Virus record (IMG/VR): IMGVR_UViG_3300028920_000001
Location: 124,001 to 188,000 of that record
Reading direction: 5' to 3' (one strand)
Length of the DNA: 64,000 nucleotides
The notes below the pieces were generated by a model. The model saw nothing but the letters and a program-made list of their open reading frames with translations, did no database searches and was not told where the DNA came from. Of the stretch, positions 34,990 to 45,213 are shown in pieces. Numbering within the stretch: position 1 is the stretch's first letter; each line of letters starts with the position of its first letter. A program made the translations under genes and the position numbers.

Positions 34990-35796
34990 TTAACTTCGGG
35001 CGCGGATCTTATGTGCCTCTCCGTCCTTTTTCACTACGCATCCTTCGTAGTGCTTGACCAGGAGGTCCCAGAGTGCCCGGCGATTGGTCAGAGGCTCTCC
35101 GTTGGGCCCGGGGACGGCAGAAAGACGCTGCTTCATCTTATCCCCCACATGGTCAGGATGGTAAATAGGTACGATCATACCCCGATCTTCTTTAGAATAG
35201 AATGCTCCGTTCAGATCTTGCTTCACGTCCCGGCTCCAGCTCCAAGTCCATTCACTCTTCTTGACCCAGACCTTGATGCAACCCGGATGATTCTTGGCGT
35301 CAGTAATACTCACGACTGCCAGGGTATTTCGAAGCAGGGAAGCCATCTTCCGGTGGCCCAGAGATTCCACGGCGTCACAGCATGCCGAGAAAACCTTTTC
35401 GTTTCCAGTCCGATGGTAGGCACGTCCACGTGGCCGATTCAAGGAACAAACCCGAACCAAGCCATTTACGAGCCCTCGGATACCGAGTGGCTTGTAGTGC
35501 TCCGTCAAGAACTCCACCAACTCCGGGAATTCAGCCAAGTCAATCATGGCCTGCATCTCATCGCCATCCACTGGCTCCTCGGAATAGCCCTTACGACTGC
35601 ACCGTGGCCCCAATGATCTTTGGACACTAATACTATCTGTTAATGCCATTCCGCAATGAGCACACTGAATAGCAACACCAGCCAATATTAGATTTCGGTG
35701 AGGAATTTTTACGGTAGTGAGATGATTAAGATCAGGATGGGACTCACAATCAGTTGGTTCCGAGAGTTGTTCAGCCAATGCTGTTGCTGTATTCAT
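34990..35796 (-). CDS. DUF6011-like zinc-finger domain protein
   Basis: CAHCG..LTD..S...LGP.C motif; AT-rich 5' part, GC-rich 3' part. Confidence 0.75.
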   Translation of the reverse strand: MNTATALAEQLSEPTDCESHPDLNHLTTVKIPHRNLILAGVAIQCAHCGMALTDSISVQRSLGPRCSRKGYSEEPVDGDEMQAMIDLAEFPELVEFLTEHYKPLGIRGLVNGLVRVCSLNRPRGRAYHRTGNEKVFSACCDAVESLGHRKMASLLRNTLAVVSITDAKNHPGCIKVWVKKSEWTWSWSRDVKQDLNGAFYSKEDRGMIVPIYHPDHVGDKMKQRLSAVPGPNGEPLTNRRALWDLLVKHYEGCVVKKDGEAHKIRARS

Positions 35797-35813
35797 CTGT
35801 TCACCTCGATCAG

Positions 35814-35841
35814 GAGTACGATCTGATCGGACTGATTTCCG
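35814..35841 (-). promoter_or_regulatory. phage promoter-like motif
   Basis: CGGAAA-N13-ATCGTACTC. Confidence 0.55.
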
Positions 35842-35908
35842 TATTTCATTATCTTTAAAGGAAACCTAGTCATTTAATCTTATAATTGGTTAACGTGTGT
35901 AGAATACA

Positions 35909-36994
35909 ATGATAAATTTAATAGGTCAGAAATTCAATAAACTCACTATTCTGGAAAGACATGGGAGTACTCAGCAACAAAAAGCACTCTGGAGATGTCG
36001 TTGTGATTGTGGAAATATAGTTATTACCACAACTGGAGTTCTCAAATCTGGTAAAACTAAATCATGTGGCTGTCTTCGTAAAATTACTGCACAAAGATTG
36101 GGTTTATCAAGAAGAAAAATTAATTATAATAACATTCAATGTCACATTTGTGGTAAAAGTTTATCCTATCGGTTTCTTAATTCAGACGGGTCATTAAAAA
36201 GGCCACTTTGTGAAAAGAAAATTAATAGTTTAGTTTGTAAACCATGTCACAAACTAATTTCTAAAAAGAATGGTCATAAAGTTGCAGATTTAAATTCTAA
36301 TATTCCAATCTCAAATCTTCAAATAGAAATTATATTAGGATCAATTTTAGGCGACGGACATTTAGAAAAAAGCCCAGCCGGAAAATTATCTAATTATGGC
36401 CTCTCTGTAAAACATGGACTACAACAAGAAAAATACTGTTTATGGAAAGCTTCATTACTGGGTGATTTAATCACTAAAATCGATTATCCACGCAATAGAA
36501 TTAGATTTAGAACTAAGAAACACAAATTAATTAGAAACATTGCGAAACAATTTATGGTGAATGGGAGAAAAACCATCACTTATGATGCCATTAAAAACAT
36601 CGGACCCATAGGTCTTTTGATTTGGTATTTAGATGACGGAAGCTTACTTCCATATCGAATTAGTAAAAAAGGCAAAACTCGAAAGCCTGAAATTAGATTT
36701 TCTACCAATTGTTTCACAGACGAAGAAAATCTAATTATTCGTAAGGTGCTTAAGGAAAGAATGGATATTGAATCGACCAAGTGCAGCTGGAAAGCTACCA
36801 GAAATTTTAGAGGAGAAAAATTAAAAGAGCCAAAACGCTATTATGGTATTCGACTTTATGGGAAAAATGCTGAAAAATTTATAGATTTTGTACGACCTCA
36901 TGCTGATTTAAATAAATCAGGAATGGCTTACAAATTCGACCTTACCCTTAGAGGTCCACTTGATAACAAGCACACAAGACCACGAATAAACTAG
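35909..36994 (+). mobile_element. free-standing LAGLIDADG homing endonuclease gene
   Basis: ILGSILGDGHL and LLIWYLDDGS motifs; N-terminal WRCRCDCG...SCGC module; AT-rich, opposite strand. Confidence 0.88.
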
Positions 36995-37554
36995 TCTACA
37001 TCTTCAGACATGATTTCAGATTCATCAATGCTAGGCAATTCGTTTATTTTATTTTCAATAAGATGAGCTGCTTCCACTGGGTCATCTGATTGGGCCATGC
37101 TGTCAACCACTTGAGCAGCTCCTTCCCAATTATACTCATCTAAAACCTCAGTCTTAGCCATTGATTTACAAGCATCACCAAGAGCTAAAAGAACTTCTCG
37201 AATCGATTTAGATACAGCAGGAGATTCACCTTGTTCACCTGAAGATTGAATCATTAACAATATTTGTTCTACAGTATGACCCCTATCAAGAAGATGTATC
37301 AATTCCCCTTGTAGGTTACCTGTCTTCAAGAAAGATGCAGTCACAACTCGTAAAATGTCCTTGACATTAAAATAAGCGAGTGACTTGAAAACAAATTCTG
37401 ATGCGGATTTAGGTCTAGTATCTACATTTTCAATATCATCACTATCATCAAGATCAGTGTGAGTTGATTCAGCGTCTGGATCAGGCCCTTCAGTCACACT
37501 TTCAAGCCCACACTCCTCAGCCATTTCGCTGGCCATCTTGATAAGATCCACCAT
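36991..37554 (-). CDS. acidic hypothetical protein
   Basis: 187 aa. Confidence 0.75.
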   Translation of the reverse strand: MVDLIKMASEMAEECGLESVTEGPDPDAESTHTDLDDSDDIENVDTRPKSASEFVFKSLAYFNVKDILRVVTASFLKTGNLQGELIHLLDRGHTVEQILLMIQSSGEQGESPAVSKSIREVLLALGDACKSMAKTEVLDEYNWEGAAQVVDSMAQSDDPVEAAHLIENKINELPSIDESEIMSEDVD

Positions 37555-37577
37555 ATAAAATGGTGGCTATCAATATT

Positions 37578-37793
37578 TTAAACTAGAGGTCGGAATCGAA
37601 AATAACCACTACCGCGAATACCCTTCACAGGCTTGACGTAAATTTGCACCAACTCACGTCTTCCGGAAGGGAAAAATCGCTCCCAAGCTGAGAACCCTGA
37701 TGATGCTTGACACCAAACAGCTTCGGTAGCCGTAGTGATTACGCTCTCCTGAGCATGGAGAGGAATACAGACGTTTGGAACGATATGCTCCAC
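37578..37793 (-). CDS. small hypothetical protein
   Basis: 71 aa; GGAG RBS. Confidence 0.6.
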   Translation of the reverse strand: MEHIVPNVCIPLHAQESVITTATEAVWCQASSGFSAWERFFPSGRRELVQIYVKPVKGIRGSGYFRFRPLV

Positions 37794-37800
37794 AGGTTGA

Positions 37801-38145
37801 CTAAGCCTGCATCAAGGACGCAAACTGTTCAATCAATGGCTGTAATTTATCATAGGCGTCCTGGTCGTTCGGATTCTCAAACAGGGCATCCTTGTGTTTG
37901 GCGATTTCTTGAGCGAGCTCCGTAACCTGAGTCATCTTAGCCTTTTGCTCTTCATCATCACCCGCCAGAGCTTGCCGGAATCGCTCCATGTTGGAGGCTG
38001 CGCTATCCTTCGGGAGTAGTTCATCCTTCTTGCGAAGGTACTGAGCCCTCAAGGTATCGCCTTCTCTCAAGAGATCTGGGCTTGCTTCAGGGTTCTGCTT
38101 CTGAATCTCGGACCAGGGAAGATCATGAGTTGCGGTGTCTGACAT
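37801..38145 (-). CDS. helical hypothetical protein
   Basis: 114 aa; GGAG RBS; own promoter motif. Confidence 0.8.
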   Translation of the reverse strand: MSDTATHDLPWSEIQKQNPEASPDLLREGDTLRAQYLRKKDELLPKDSAASNMERFRQALAGDDEEQKAKMTQVTELAQEIAKHKDALFENPNDQDAYDKLQPLIEQFASLMQA

Positions 38146-38175
38146 TATTTGCTCCGGTTAGAGTATACACTCAGC

Positions 38176-38203
38176 CTATACATCTAAGAATGGTGGATTT
38201 TCG
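38176..38203 (-). promoter_or_regulatory. phage promoter-like motif
   Basis: CGAAAA-N13-GATGTATAG. Confidence 0.5.
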
Positions 38204-38453
38204 CTACTTCGAGTTCTTTCTCAAGTTGGGGGATATTAAATACCCAATGGTAATATGGTTGTTCAACTATCAATTTAATCAATTTTTCACAAGCTTCCGA
38301 GAAGTCCTTTCCTTCAGCTATAGCAATATCCATATTTCGTTCACTTGCACTTGTAGTTAAAGTATTACCACTTTCAGAAAAAATATGTGCCCTAGTCATT
38401 GTAGGAGGACTTTGTTTGGTACTCCAAGTACCAACTAGATAAGCTTTTCTCAT
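38184..38453 (-). CDS. hypothetical protein
   Basis: 89 aa. Confidence 0.7.
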   Translation of the reverse strand: MRKAYLVGTWSTKQSPPTMTRAHIFSESGNTLTTSASERNMDIAIAEGKDFSEACEKLIKLIVEQPYYHWVFNIPQLEKELEVAKIHHS

Positions 38454-38454
38454 A

Positions 38455-39045
38455 TTAGCTCTTCATGATGTTTTTAGCCATGAAAAAATCGCATACCTCT
38501 TGAGTGTGACCACGACGCTTCTTGCCATGCCGACCCTTACCAGCAATCGGTGATCCACACCGTTGGCAAACGTGAGTACCCTTCTTAGCGAATTTATCGG
38601 TCGCACGCTTCTGCTGGGTAGTTAACGTGATAGTGGTGGGAACTTTATCTGGAGCAATAACTTGCCGGTTCCAGAATTGACGCTCGCGTATCTCTCCTGG
38701 GAGAGAACCATCACGATGCCATGGCAAACGCATGTGAACGAGTTTGGAATCGTAACAAAGCTTACCATCAATCTTGAATTTAATCGGCACTGACTTAGAA
38801 ATCTGAAATATGATTTTATCCTTTTTGACATAAGGATTGACAGCGAAAAACTCATAAAATTTCAAATATTTGAAAACAGCTTCGCTTTCCTTGAGTGAAG
38901 GATTAGGAACAATCTCGAGGCAAATATTGTAAATTTTGTGGATCCAATCTTTGCGATATAAGCTGTTATAGGTGTACTTACCCTGATTTCCCGTGAAACG
39001 GGAAATCACTTCATCGCAGATCTTCTTCCACCGATCGGAAATCAT
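38455..39045 (-). CDS. hypothetical protein with C-terminal CxxC, C-terminal motif
   Basis: CQRCG...H...C; ends MAKNIMKS*. Confidence 0.8.
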   Translation of the reverse strand: MISDRWKKICDEVISRFTGNQGKYTYNSLYRKDWIHKIYNICLEIVPNPSLKESEAVFKYLKFYEFFAVNPYVKKDKIIFQISKSVPIKFKIDGKLCYDSKLVHMRLPWHRDGSLPGEIRERQFWNRQVIAPDKVPTTITLTTQQKRATDKFAKKGTHVCQRCGSPIAGKGRHGKKRRGHTQEVCDFFMAKNIMKS

Positions 39046-39056
39046 CAGTTAATCAA

Positions 39057-39084
39057 ACATACAAAGAAACCGCCCGGATTTACG
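39057..39084 (-). promoter_or_regulatory. phage promoter-like motif
   Basis: CGTAAA-N13-TTTGTATGT. Confidence 0.6.
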
Positions 39085-39102
39085 GATCAATTGTTTTAGA
39101 AG

Positions 39103-40200
39103 TTATTCATCCATCACGGTACTTACCGTAAATTCATCAATCCATTCATGAATTTCATCGATGGAAAATTCCCTCACTGCCGGTTCGAGCCAATGACGAA
39201 GTTGACTTTTAACTTCTCTCCGATGTGCTTTCTTTTTTTGATCTTCAAAAATTGGTTCAATTCTAGCAATAAAGTTTGGTGCTTTAGCTCGAACGTCTCC
39301 GGCTTTCATTGTTCTATCAATAGAATGCTCTGTTAAATATTCAACCAACAAACTTAAAATATCGGGCACCAAATCTTCAAACCGTTTGTTATTGCCCGCA
39401 TTTTCTAACTTAAAAGTTTTCTTACTTAAATCAAGTCCATACATTTCTGGCCATCTAAATTCCATGTCAAAGATTGTACTGTTATCCCAATCTTTTCTCC
39501 ACGAAGTAGATTCATATTTAATACCATTAATCCATTTCCATACTTGATTCATCGCCCGATTTTGTGCTTTAGGCAACTCTCTCTGTATTGCTTTTTCATA
39601 ATTAGGTAAATGGCTCCCGAATATTTTTGGCACTTCCCAACTGTCTAGATCAGAGCCCCTCCGGAAACGCATCAATTTTTTGACGGGAATGTCCTGAAAA
39701 AGAGCTTCAAATGCATCACTAACTGATTCTTGAAGATGCTGAGCAACTATATTTACATCCCTAGTATAGGGCACACACAATTCACCAAGATAGGATAAGC
39801 CCCAGATTTTAAAGGCTAGCCAAATTAGATTCTGTCCATTAATATACCTGACTCCAACAAATCGAATCCTTTTATAGGATTCCTCGAGCTGAGTTTTGAA
39901 CGATTCAGGAGAGATATACCATTCAGTTCCATCTTTTAGAACCACATCATGACCACAGTCTTTATAGAAATGATTCGGATCATCATCGATTTTCTTAATT
40001 TGATTATATTTAGATAACTTCAATATTGGAGGATCTTCTTCGTGATTCATCAAATTAAAATAGTATCCTCCTTCGTGAAGGAGTAGACCTGAATTATTCC
40101 AATCCTTTTTGCATACACCATGCTTTCCAATAAAATCAAGGTAAGCCCGTTCACAACGAGCTTGTTGCCTTTGAAGTTTTCTACGAATTCGAGTAGTCAC
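39103..40200 (-). CDS. hypothetical protein, extended C-terminal motif
   Basis: 365 aa; ends IDEFTVSTVMDE*. Confidence 0.85.
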   Translation of the reverse strand: MTTRIRRKLQRQQARCERAYLDFIGKHGVCKKDWNNSGLLLHEGGYYFNLMNHEEDPPILKLSKYNQIKKIDDDPNHFYKDCGHDVVLKDGTEWYISPESFKTQLEESYKRIRFVGVRYINGQNLIWLAFKIWGLSYLGELCVPYTRDVNIVAQHLQESVSDAFEALFQDIPVKKLMRFRRGSDLDSWEVPKIFGSHLPNYEKAIQRELPKAQNRAMNQVWKWINGIKYESTSWRKDWDNSTIFDMEFRWPEMYGLDLSKKTFKLENAGNNKRFEDLVPDILSLLVEYLTEHSIDRTMKAGDVRAKAPNFIARIEPIFEDQKKKAHRREVKSQLRHWLEPAVREFSIDEIHEWIDEFTVSTVMDE

Positions 40201-40883
40201 TGTTCCATCGTTACTTTAACAATGCATTGATTTAGAATTTCACGCAATCGATCGGCAGAGGCACCATGTTTTAGTGCATACGTAGCCATGGTCTGAAATT
40301 TATGAGTTGCTGATTTCTTAATGTGAGTACTTTGTACCTGAGGCAGCTGATTTTGAACAATCAAATCGAATTTATCCTTATTCCTTTCCCAAATAGAGGG
40401 GATCGACTTAGCAATGGCCGCTCGAACAAATTCAATTGTAAAGATACGAACTTCAATATGCGTACTTCCATCATCTTCAATATCAGCTTGTTTCATGAAT
40501 TCTGCTAATGAAATATAAGGACGCTCGACTTTATGCATCAAAGCAAGTGCAAGTCCAACTTGTTCCATTAGTCCTTCAATAGTACGGAAAGATTCACTAA
40601 CTCCATTACTCTCAAAAGGAGGAAGAGATATATAAAACACTGGAATCCGATCAGCCCGCACACTAGCTTTTACCATACTTCCAGTCGGATTTGGTTTCAT
40701 ATTATAAAGATTAGTTTTACTTAGCAATTCATGGAAATCATTAATTTGCTCCTGCCACGGAGGAGTGCTATAAATACGACGTGTTTCTTGAACGACCTTA
40801 TTATTCAAGGTCGGATAATAGTTTCCAAGACTCCAGCGAGAATAAACCCTATGAGTAATTTCAAGTAAATTTTGCTGGGCCAT
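40197..40883 (-). CDS. hypothetical protein, extended C-terminal motif
   Basis: Ends LNQCIVKVTMEQ*. Confidence 0.8.
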   Translation of the reverse strand: MAQQNLLEITHRVYSRWSLGNYYPTLNNKVVQETRRIYSTPPWQEQINDFHELLSKTNLYNMKPNPTGSMVKASVRADRIPVFYISLPPFESNGVSESFRTIEGLMEQVGLALALMHKVERPYISLAEFMKQADIEDDGSTHIEVRIFTIEFVRAAIAKSIPSIWERNKDKFDLIVQNQLPQVQSTHIKKSATHKFQTMATYALKHGASADRLREILNQCIVKVTMEQ

Positions 40884-41131
40884 CAGTCCTCATAGTCCGC
40901 CGTATAGTCGGGGTTAGTCAGGGTGTCGGGTGCATCGTCCTCGTCTACGAAGTTGTTATACTGCTCCGTATTGCGCCGAGCTGGATCTGCGTATTGAGCC
41001 TTTTCAATCTTCTCGCAGAAACCCTCAAGGCCAACCACCCGTTGTGTCAGAAGCTCAAGCTTCTCCTCAAGTACTTTCACACGCTCTCCCAAAAGCACTA
41101 TCAAGCGTTCGTTTGCACGTTCTAGATACAT
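40883..41131 (-). CDS. coiled-coil/acidic small protein
   Basis: 82 aa; GGAG RBS. Confidence 0.7.
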   Translation of the reverse strand: MYLERANERLIVLLGERVKVLEEKLELLTQRVVGLEGFCEKIEKAQYADPARRNTEQYNNFVDEDDAPDTLTNPDYTADYED

Positions 41132-41158
41132 TTCACACTCCGACGTTTGATTTAGATA

Positions 41159-41899
41159 TTACGAATCCATGACTGTTTCAACGGTAGTGATGGACCTCGC
41201 ATGATCTAACATCTCATTAAACCACTTAAAGACATAATCTTCAGCAATCCAATCACCGAGCTTTTGTTCCAACTCAATGATTTTGGTTGGTTTATTTTCG
41301 TATGATGTACCATTTAAGATAAGATGATAAGCAACGTCCTCAGCAAACTTGAAGATTGATTCTTCGGCTAAAATTTGGTCTCGGTACAATTTATAAACTG
41401 GAACATACCTACGTTCACTTTTAAACGTAGCGGCTCCGTTTTTCTTAATCCGGACATACCCAATAATTGATTCCCGACTCCTTAAGTTTTTGACTGTAAC
41501 CTTTCCATTATTATCATCAATATAAATAATACGTGATCTTACTTTAACTGTGAATTCCCTGAATTTAGTCCCGGCATAGCTATTTTCATGAGTTGAGCCC
41601 AACACTAATTTCATATGCTTATAGCCAGGAAAGTCTTTACGAGTGACCCCTTGGCGATGAACAACTCCAGAACAAGAACCTAAACGAGCATCATGTACGC
41701 CAGTATTCTTATCCCATCCATCCCGGACCCAAATATACGGGAAGGATTTGTTAAATTCTTTTCCTTGCTCAATAGCAGCTAAAGCTCGTCTTGCCCGATC
41801 TCCAAGTCTAACCAAGATGCGAAGACCTTGGACAATCTTCTCCATCTCCTGCGGTTCAGCAGTGTCACCCAGGACTAGCTTGTCAAAATCAATCTTCAT
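41159..41899 (-). CDS. hypothetical protein, extended C-terminal motif
   Basis: Ends TVETVMDS*. Confidence 0.8.
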   Translation of the reverse strand: MKIDFDKLVLGDTAEPQEMEKIVQGLRILVRLGDRARRALAAIEQGKEFNKSFPYIWVRDGWDKNTGVHDARLGSCSGVVHRQGVTRKDFPGYKHMKLVLGSTHENSYAGTKFREFTVKVRSRIIYIDDNNGKVTVKNLRSRESIIGYVRIKKNGAATFKSERRYVPVYKLYRDQILAEESIFKFAEDVAYHLILNGTSYENKPTKIIELEQKLGDWIAEDYVFKWFNEMLDHARSITTVETVMDS

Positions 41900-42243
41900 G
41901 AATCCATTACGTCTTCAACCTTAAGTAGCTTAATACCGTCTTCTACGTCCTTCTGAGAAAGGCGGGACATAGAGGCAGTAAATTTATCCAGCAAATCAGT
42001 GTACTTCTCAAGTTTTTCAAGCTCAGATTCCTTAGGTCCAAGATAAGGATCCCAACATTCAACTTCAATAGCAATAGCTAAGCCATTCACAAAATTCAAT
42101 ATCCGTAGATAAGCTTCTGCAGTAGACTTCTCCTTATCGGAAGCCATCACCCGAGGATCAAAATCATCATCCTCAGCCACGCTTCTTCCCCAACTTAGGA
42201 AGTCTGTCTGTGATTTTATCCCAATCCTTACGGCACCTATCAA
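41896..42243 (-). CDS. hypothetical protein, C-terminal motif
   Basis: Ends KVEDVMDS*; start probably downstream of the ORF-track start. Confidence 0.75.
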   Translation of the reverse strand: MIGAVRIGIKSQTDFLSWGRSVAEDDDFDPRVMASDKEKSTAEAYLRILNFVNGLAIAIEVECWDPYLGPKESELEKLEKYTDLLDKFTASMSRLSQKDVEDGIKLLKVEDVMDS

Positions 42244-42370
42244 GAACGGTCTTATCTCCGGGCTCTAGTTGCCTAGGTCCGTCTCCTTGAGCGAAATTGT
42301 AAGCTATATTACTGAGAGCGTAACCAGCCAAAATTAGTCTTTCGTATTCAGCCTTTTTGATGTAGGGCAC
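42173..42370 (-). CDS. small hypothetical protein
   Basis: 65 aa; GTG start after AGGAGA. Confidence 0.6.
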   Translation of the reverse strand: MPYIKKAEYERLILAGYALSNIAYNFAQGDGPRQLEPGDKTVLDRCRKDWDKITDRLPKLGKKRG

Positions 42371-42394
42371 CGGATGTCTCCTAGAGGGTGAAGA

Positions 42395-42742
42395 TCAAAA
42401 ATCGGGATCGACGATGGAATCCTCGGCGTTCTGCATGATCATCTCGTAAAACTTGGCTTCACTGATGATCTTGGTGCCATTGGCCTCTGCCTTGCGAAGC
42501 TTGTTGGACTTGCCGCCCTTGACAGCACCAGCATTCCAATCCGCATTAGTAATCAAATAGTTGGTGCCATAGGTCGGCTGCTTTTCGTAAACACCGCCAC
42601 ACTCTTCGATGATCTTGACGATATCAACGCGCTTGCGGCCGAGGTGCCCTGTGATGCTGAAGCGCTTTCCCTTCAGGGCATTGCCAGGCTCCATAATCTC
42701 TATGACAGTCGCCGTGTCGGTATTGCTGTTTACTCTCGCCAT
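42395..42742 (-). CDS. stand-alone BRCT-domain protein
   Basis: LKGKRFSITG...GG...TNYLI...K..KA...GTKIISE; start moved to leaderless ATG 42742. Confidence 0.85.
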   Translation of the reverse strand: MARVNSNTDTATVIEIMEPGNALKGKRFSITGHLGRKRVDIVKIIEECGGVYEKQPTYGTNYLITNADWNAGAVKGGKSNKLRKAEANGTKIISEAKFYEMIMQNAEDSIVDPDF

Positions 42743-42748
42743 ATCGAA

Positions 42749-42776
42749 TTGTACGTCGGCCAAAGCCGGACTTACG
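42749..42776 (-). promoter_or_regulatory. phage promoter-like motif
   Basis: CGTAAG-N13-GACGTACAA; upstream block overlaps stop of 42772..42987. Confidence 0.6.
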
Positions 42777-42987
42777 TGTTCATCACTTGGGCAATTTTCT
42801 CTAAATCACAATCCGGGTTTATACCATCGTCTTCTAAATCTATTGGAAGAGGATGATATGTAACTTGTCCATTCACATCACACGAAGGAGACATGGTGCA
42901 AGCACCACAACCATCACATCTATAATGAATGGTAGTTCCTATCGCACTTTTATGCGAGCCCCAGGACTTCCATTCATGGTTTTTCAT
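42772..42987 (-). CDS. small HxW/CxxC zinc protein, C-terminal motif
   Basis: NHEW...CDGCG...DC; ends KIAQVMNT*. Confidence 0.8.
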   Translation of the reverse strand: MKNHEWKSWGSHKSAIGTTIHYRCDGCGACTMSPSCDVNGQVTYHPLPIDLEDDGINPDCDLEKIAQVMNT

Positions 42988-44430
42988 CTAATAAATTAGC
43001 CCTGGTTCTTCAATAAATCCAGCTGCAAGAAGTTGTTGTTTGATAGAATTCCAGTCCCCACGAATCTCAAAAATAGCTTCAGCAGTCTGGACTAGAGTCT
43101 GCGGTACATATTGATTTACCCAATTTGCATCAATGTCCTGTTCATATTGACATTGTTCACGTTCCCACCACATCTTAGGACACATTATTACTGTGTTGGG
43201 ATCATAATTCGAATTACCGGATAAAGTGACTCCAAATAACATATCTGATGGCTTCAACGTACTAAAGTCGATAAAAGTAGGCCCATCTGGCCCTTCCCCA
43301 AGAATTGCTGGCTCTTCGACAAAGCCAGCCGCAAGCAACTTTTGTCTAAGCGGCTCCCAGTCACAGTTAAAATGGAAAAGAGACTCACAGGCTTGATTCA
43401 TTTCAGATGGAACGTATTGCTTCACCCAATTATAATCAATATCAGTGTCATGTACACAATGCTCTCTCTCGAAGTATTCTCGAGCCACCATGTAGACGCC
43501 CTCCTCCGTATGTCGTGCAAACAGCATGTCTGATGGCTGAATCTTGCTATAATCCGGAACCCAGAACACGCCATCTACCTTCAACACACTGTTAGGGCCA
43601 GGTGCAGTTTGAGGAGGGGTGTACGGAGTGCCCTGACCGGCAGTTTTAAGCGCAGGATTGTGCACAAACCCGATTTGACTCAAATCGTGAGTAATCATTT
43701 TGATAGCGCCCTGTGGCGTAAAAGACTGGCCTGGGGCAAAATTTTCATAAGCTGCTTCAGCTATATCGGGATCAATCTCATACATAGCTTCCATTTCTTC
43801 GTACAAATAGTCAGGCCAGTGAACTTGATCACAAACGTACTCCAACAGTGGAGATTGATCATAAAGACAATGATGCTGATCGAAATGAACCCTAGGCGCT
43901 AACGCCACGCTAAGACCATCAGGAGTATTATCAACATCAAAATAGAAATCCGCTGGTTCCAATTTTGACCAGGCCACTGCTTCCACGCCAATTGGCCCTA
44001 ACTTTGCCAAATCCGGGTCTTCCAATGTCTTATCATCAATATCCCACGGCGCAGGAACCTTCTGGACGATTTCGTCGGGGACTCTTTTGGGATCGACGTC
44101 CGCACCTCCTAATTCCGGATTCGGCTCGGGCGGAGCAAAAGCTAGACCAAAACGACCATCATTGAAACTATCCTTACGACCGCTATGATCCATAACGAGC
44201 TTGTGATGCAAATTGACTTGAAGTAATGCAACCTCCCCTTCATCTGCTTCAAATCCGTTGCTCATCGCCGTAGCGTGTTCAGAACAGAATCCGAACAATT
44301 TCACTTTAGTCACGGTAGGAACCACTCGATAATTGGTGGTTTCCTTCCCGCAAACCAAACATTTCTTTGAAAGATCATAAAACTCAAGAACACGTGACCA
44401 ATCCAGATCAAAAATATTCGTCGGTTCCAT
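42988..44430 (-). CDS. acidic protein with N-terminal Zn finger and three internal repeats
   Basis: CLVCG...CSEH; repeats PxDxxF...E..C..D.D...W...YVP...E..F...LLAAGF. Confidence 0.85.
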   Translation of the reverse strand: MEPTNIFDLDWSRVLEFYDLSKKCLVCGKETTNYRVVPTVTKVKLFGFCSEHATAMSNGFEADEGEVALLQVNLHHKLVMDHSGRKDSFNDGRFGLAFAPPEPNPELGGADVDPKRVPDEIVQKVPAPWDIDDKTLEDPDLAKLGPIGVEAVAWSKLEPADFYFDVDNTPDGLSVALAPRVHFDQHHCLYDQSPLLEYVCDQVHWPDYLYEEMEAMYEIDPDIAEAAYENFAPGQSFTPQGAIKMITHDLSQIGFVHNPALKTAGQGTPYTPPQTAPGPNSVLKVDGVFWVPDYSKIQPSDMLFARHTEEGVYMVAREYFEREHCVHDTDIDYNWVKQYVPSEMNQACESLFHFNCDWEPLRQKLLAAGFVEEPAILGEGPDGPTFIDFSTLKPSDMLFGVTLSGNSNYDPNTVIMCPKMWWEREQCQYEQDIDANWVNQYVPQTLVQTAEAIFEIRGDWNSIKQQLLAAGFIEEPGLIY

Positions 44431-44436
44431 ACCTAA

Positions 44437-44464
44437 AAGTACGACAAAAGTCAGCCAATTTACG
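44437..44464 (-). promoter_or_regulatory. phage promoter-like motif
   Basis: CGTAAA-N13-GTCGTACTT, ATG 6 nt downstream. Confidence 0.65.
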
Positions 44465-44529
44465 ATCCCATAATTTCTGCGATTTGGTTCAAACGCAGAC
44501 TGATCACGACAGTAAGAATTGCGTACATA

Positions 44530-45213
44530 TCATGACTCCATGAGTTTTCTTACTTGGGCTAGGTTTAAAGCTTCTTCCACATCATCTACTGTGAGAAAAT
44601 TAAGATCACTTTCATTACGATGGATGAATTTAGCTAAAATTTCGATTTCCTTAGCTCCGATATGCATAACTTTACAAATATGAATAGCATCCATTTCAAC
44701 CAGATTTGGACAAAATTTTAGAATTTCTACAAACTTCTTGCGGAAAGCTTTTTGATATTTAGGAGCCCCTTTAACAGAAAGTGTATCCCAAATTTGTTCT
44801 TTGTTTTTATCAATTCTCTGCCACTCCGTCTCTAATTGCTCAGTAAATTCTTTTACTCGATCTAGTTCGAGATAAGCTTGTTTTAAATCATCATATTGAA
44901 CATTATCTCCATGTCCATAATAATCATCGCAAATAAAACGATAGACAAATTTAGGAAGTCCATAATTAATAAAGGTTCCGTAACTTAAATCTCCAATCAA
45001 ATACTTGGAATGAAGCATTCTGATTCTTTGTTTTCCAAACACCAAGTGCACATTCGGAACGATGTACATTTGTTTATCTTCTAAAATAGTACCCTCCTGA
45101 GCCTTCTTCATTAATCGAGGCGTACCGATCACCAACTTGGCGTTATTGACAAACTCAGTCGCCATAGAGAATGCTCTAACGGTAGCTTCTCTAGTCAAAC
45201 GTTCTTTTCTCAC
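44530..45213 (-). CDS. hypothetical protein, extended C-terminal motif
   Basis: Ends QVRKLMES*. Confidence 0.8.
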   Translation of the reverse strand: MRKERLTREATVRAFSMATEFVNNAKLVIGTPRLMKKAQEGTILEDKQMYIVPNVHLVFGKQRIRMLHSKYLIGDLSYGTFINYGLPKFVYRFICDDYYGHGDNVQYDDLKQAYLELDRVKEFTEQLETEWQRIDKNKEQIWDTLSVKGAPKYQKAFRKKFVEILKFCPNLVEMDAIHICKVMHIGAKEIEILAKFIHRNESDLNFLTVDDVEEALNLAQVRKLMES

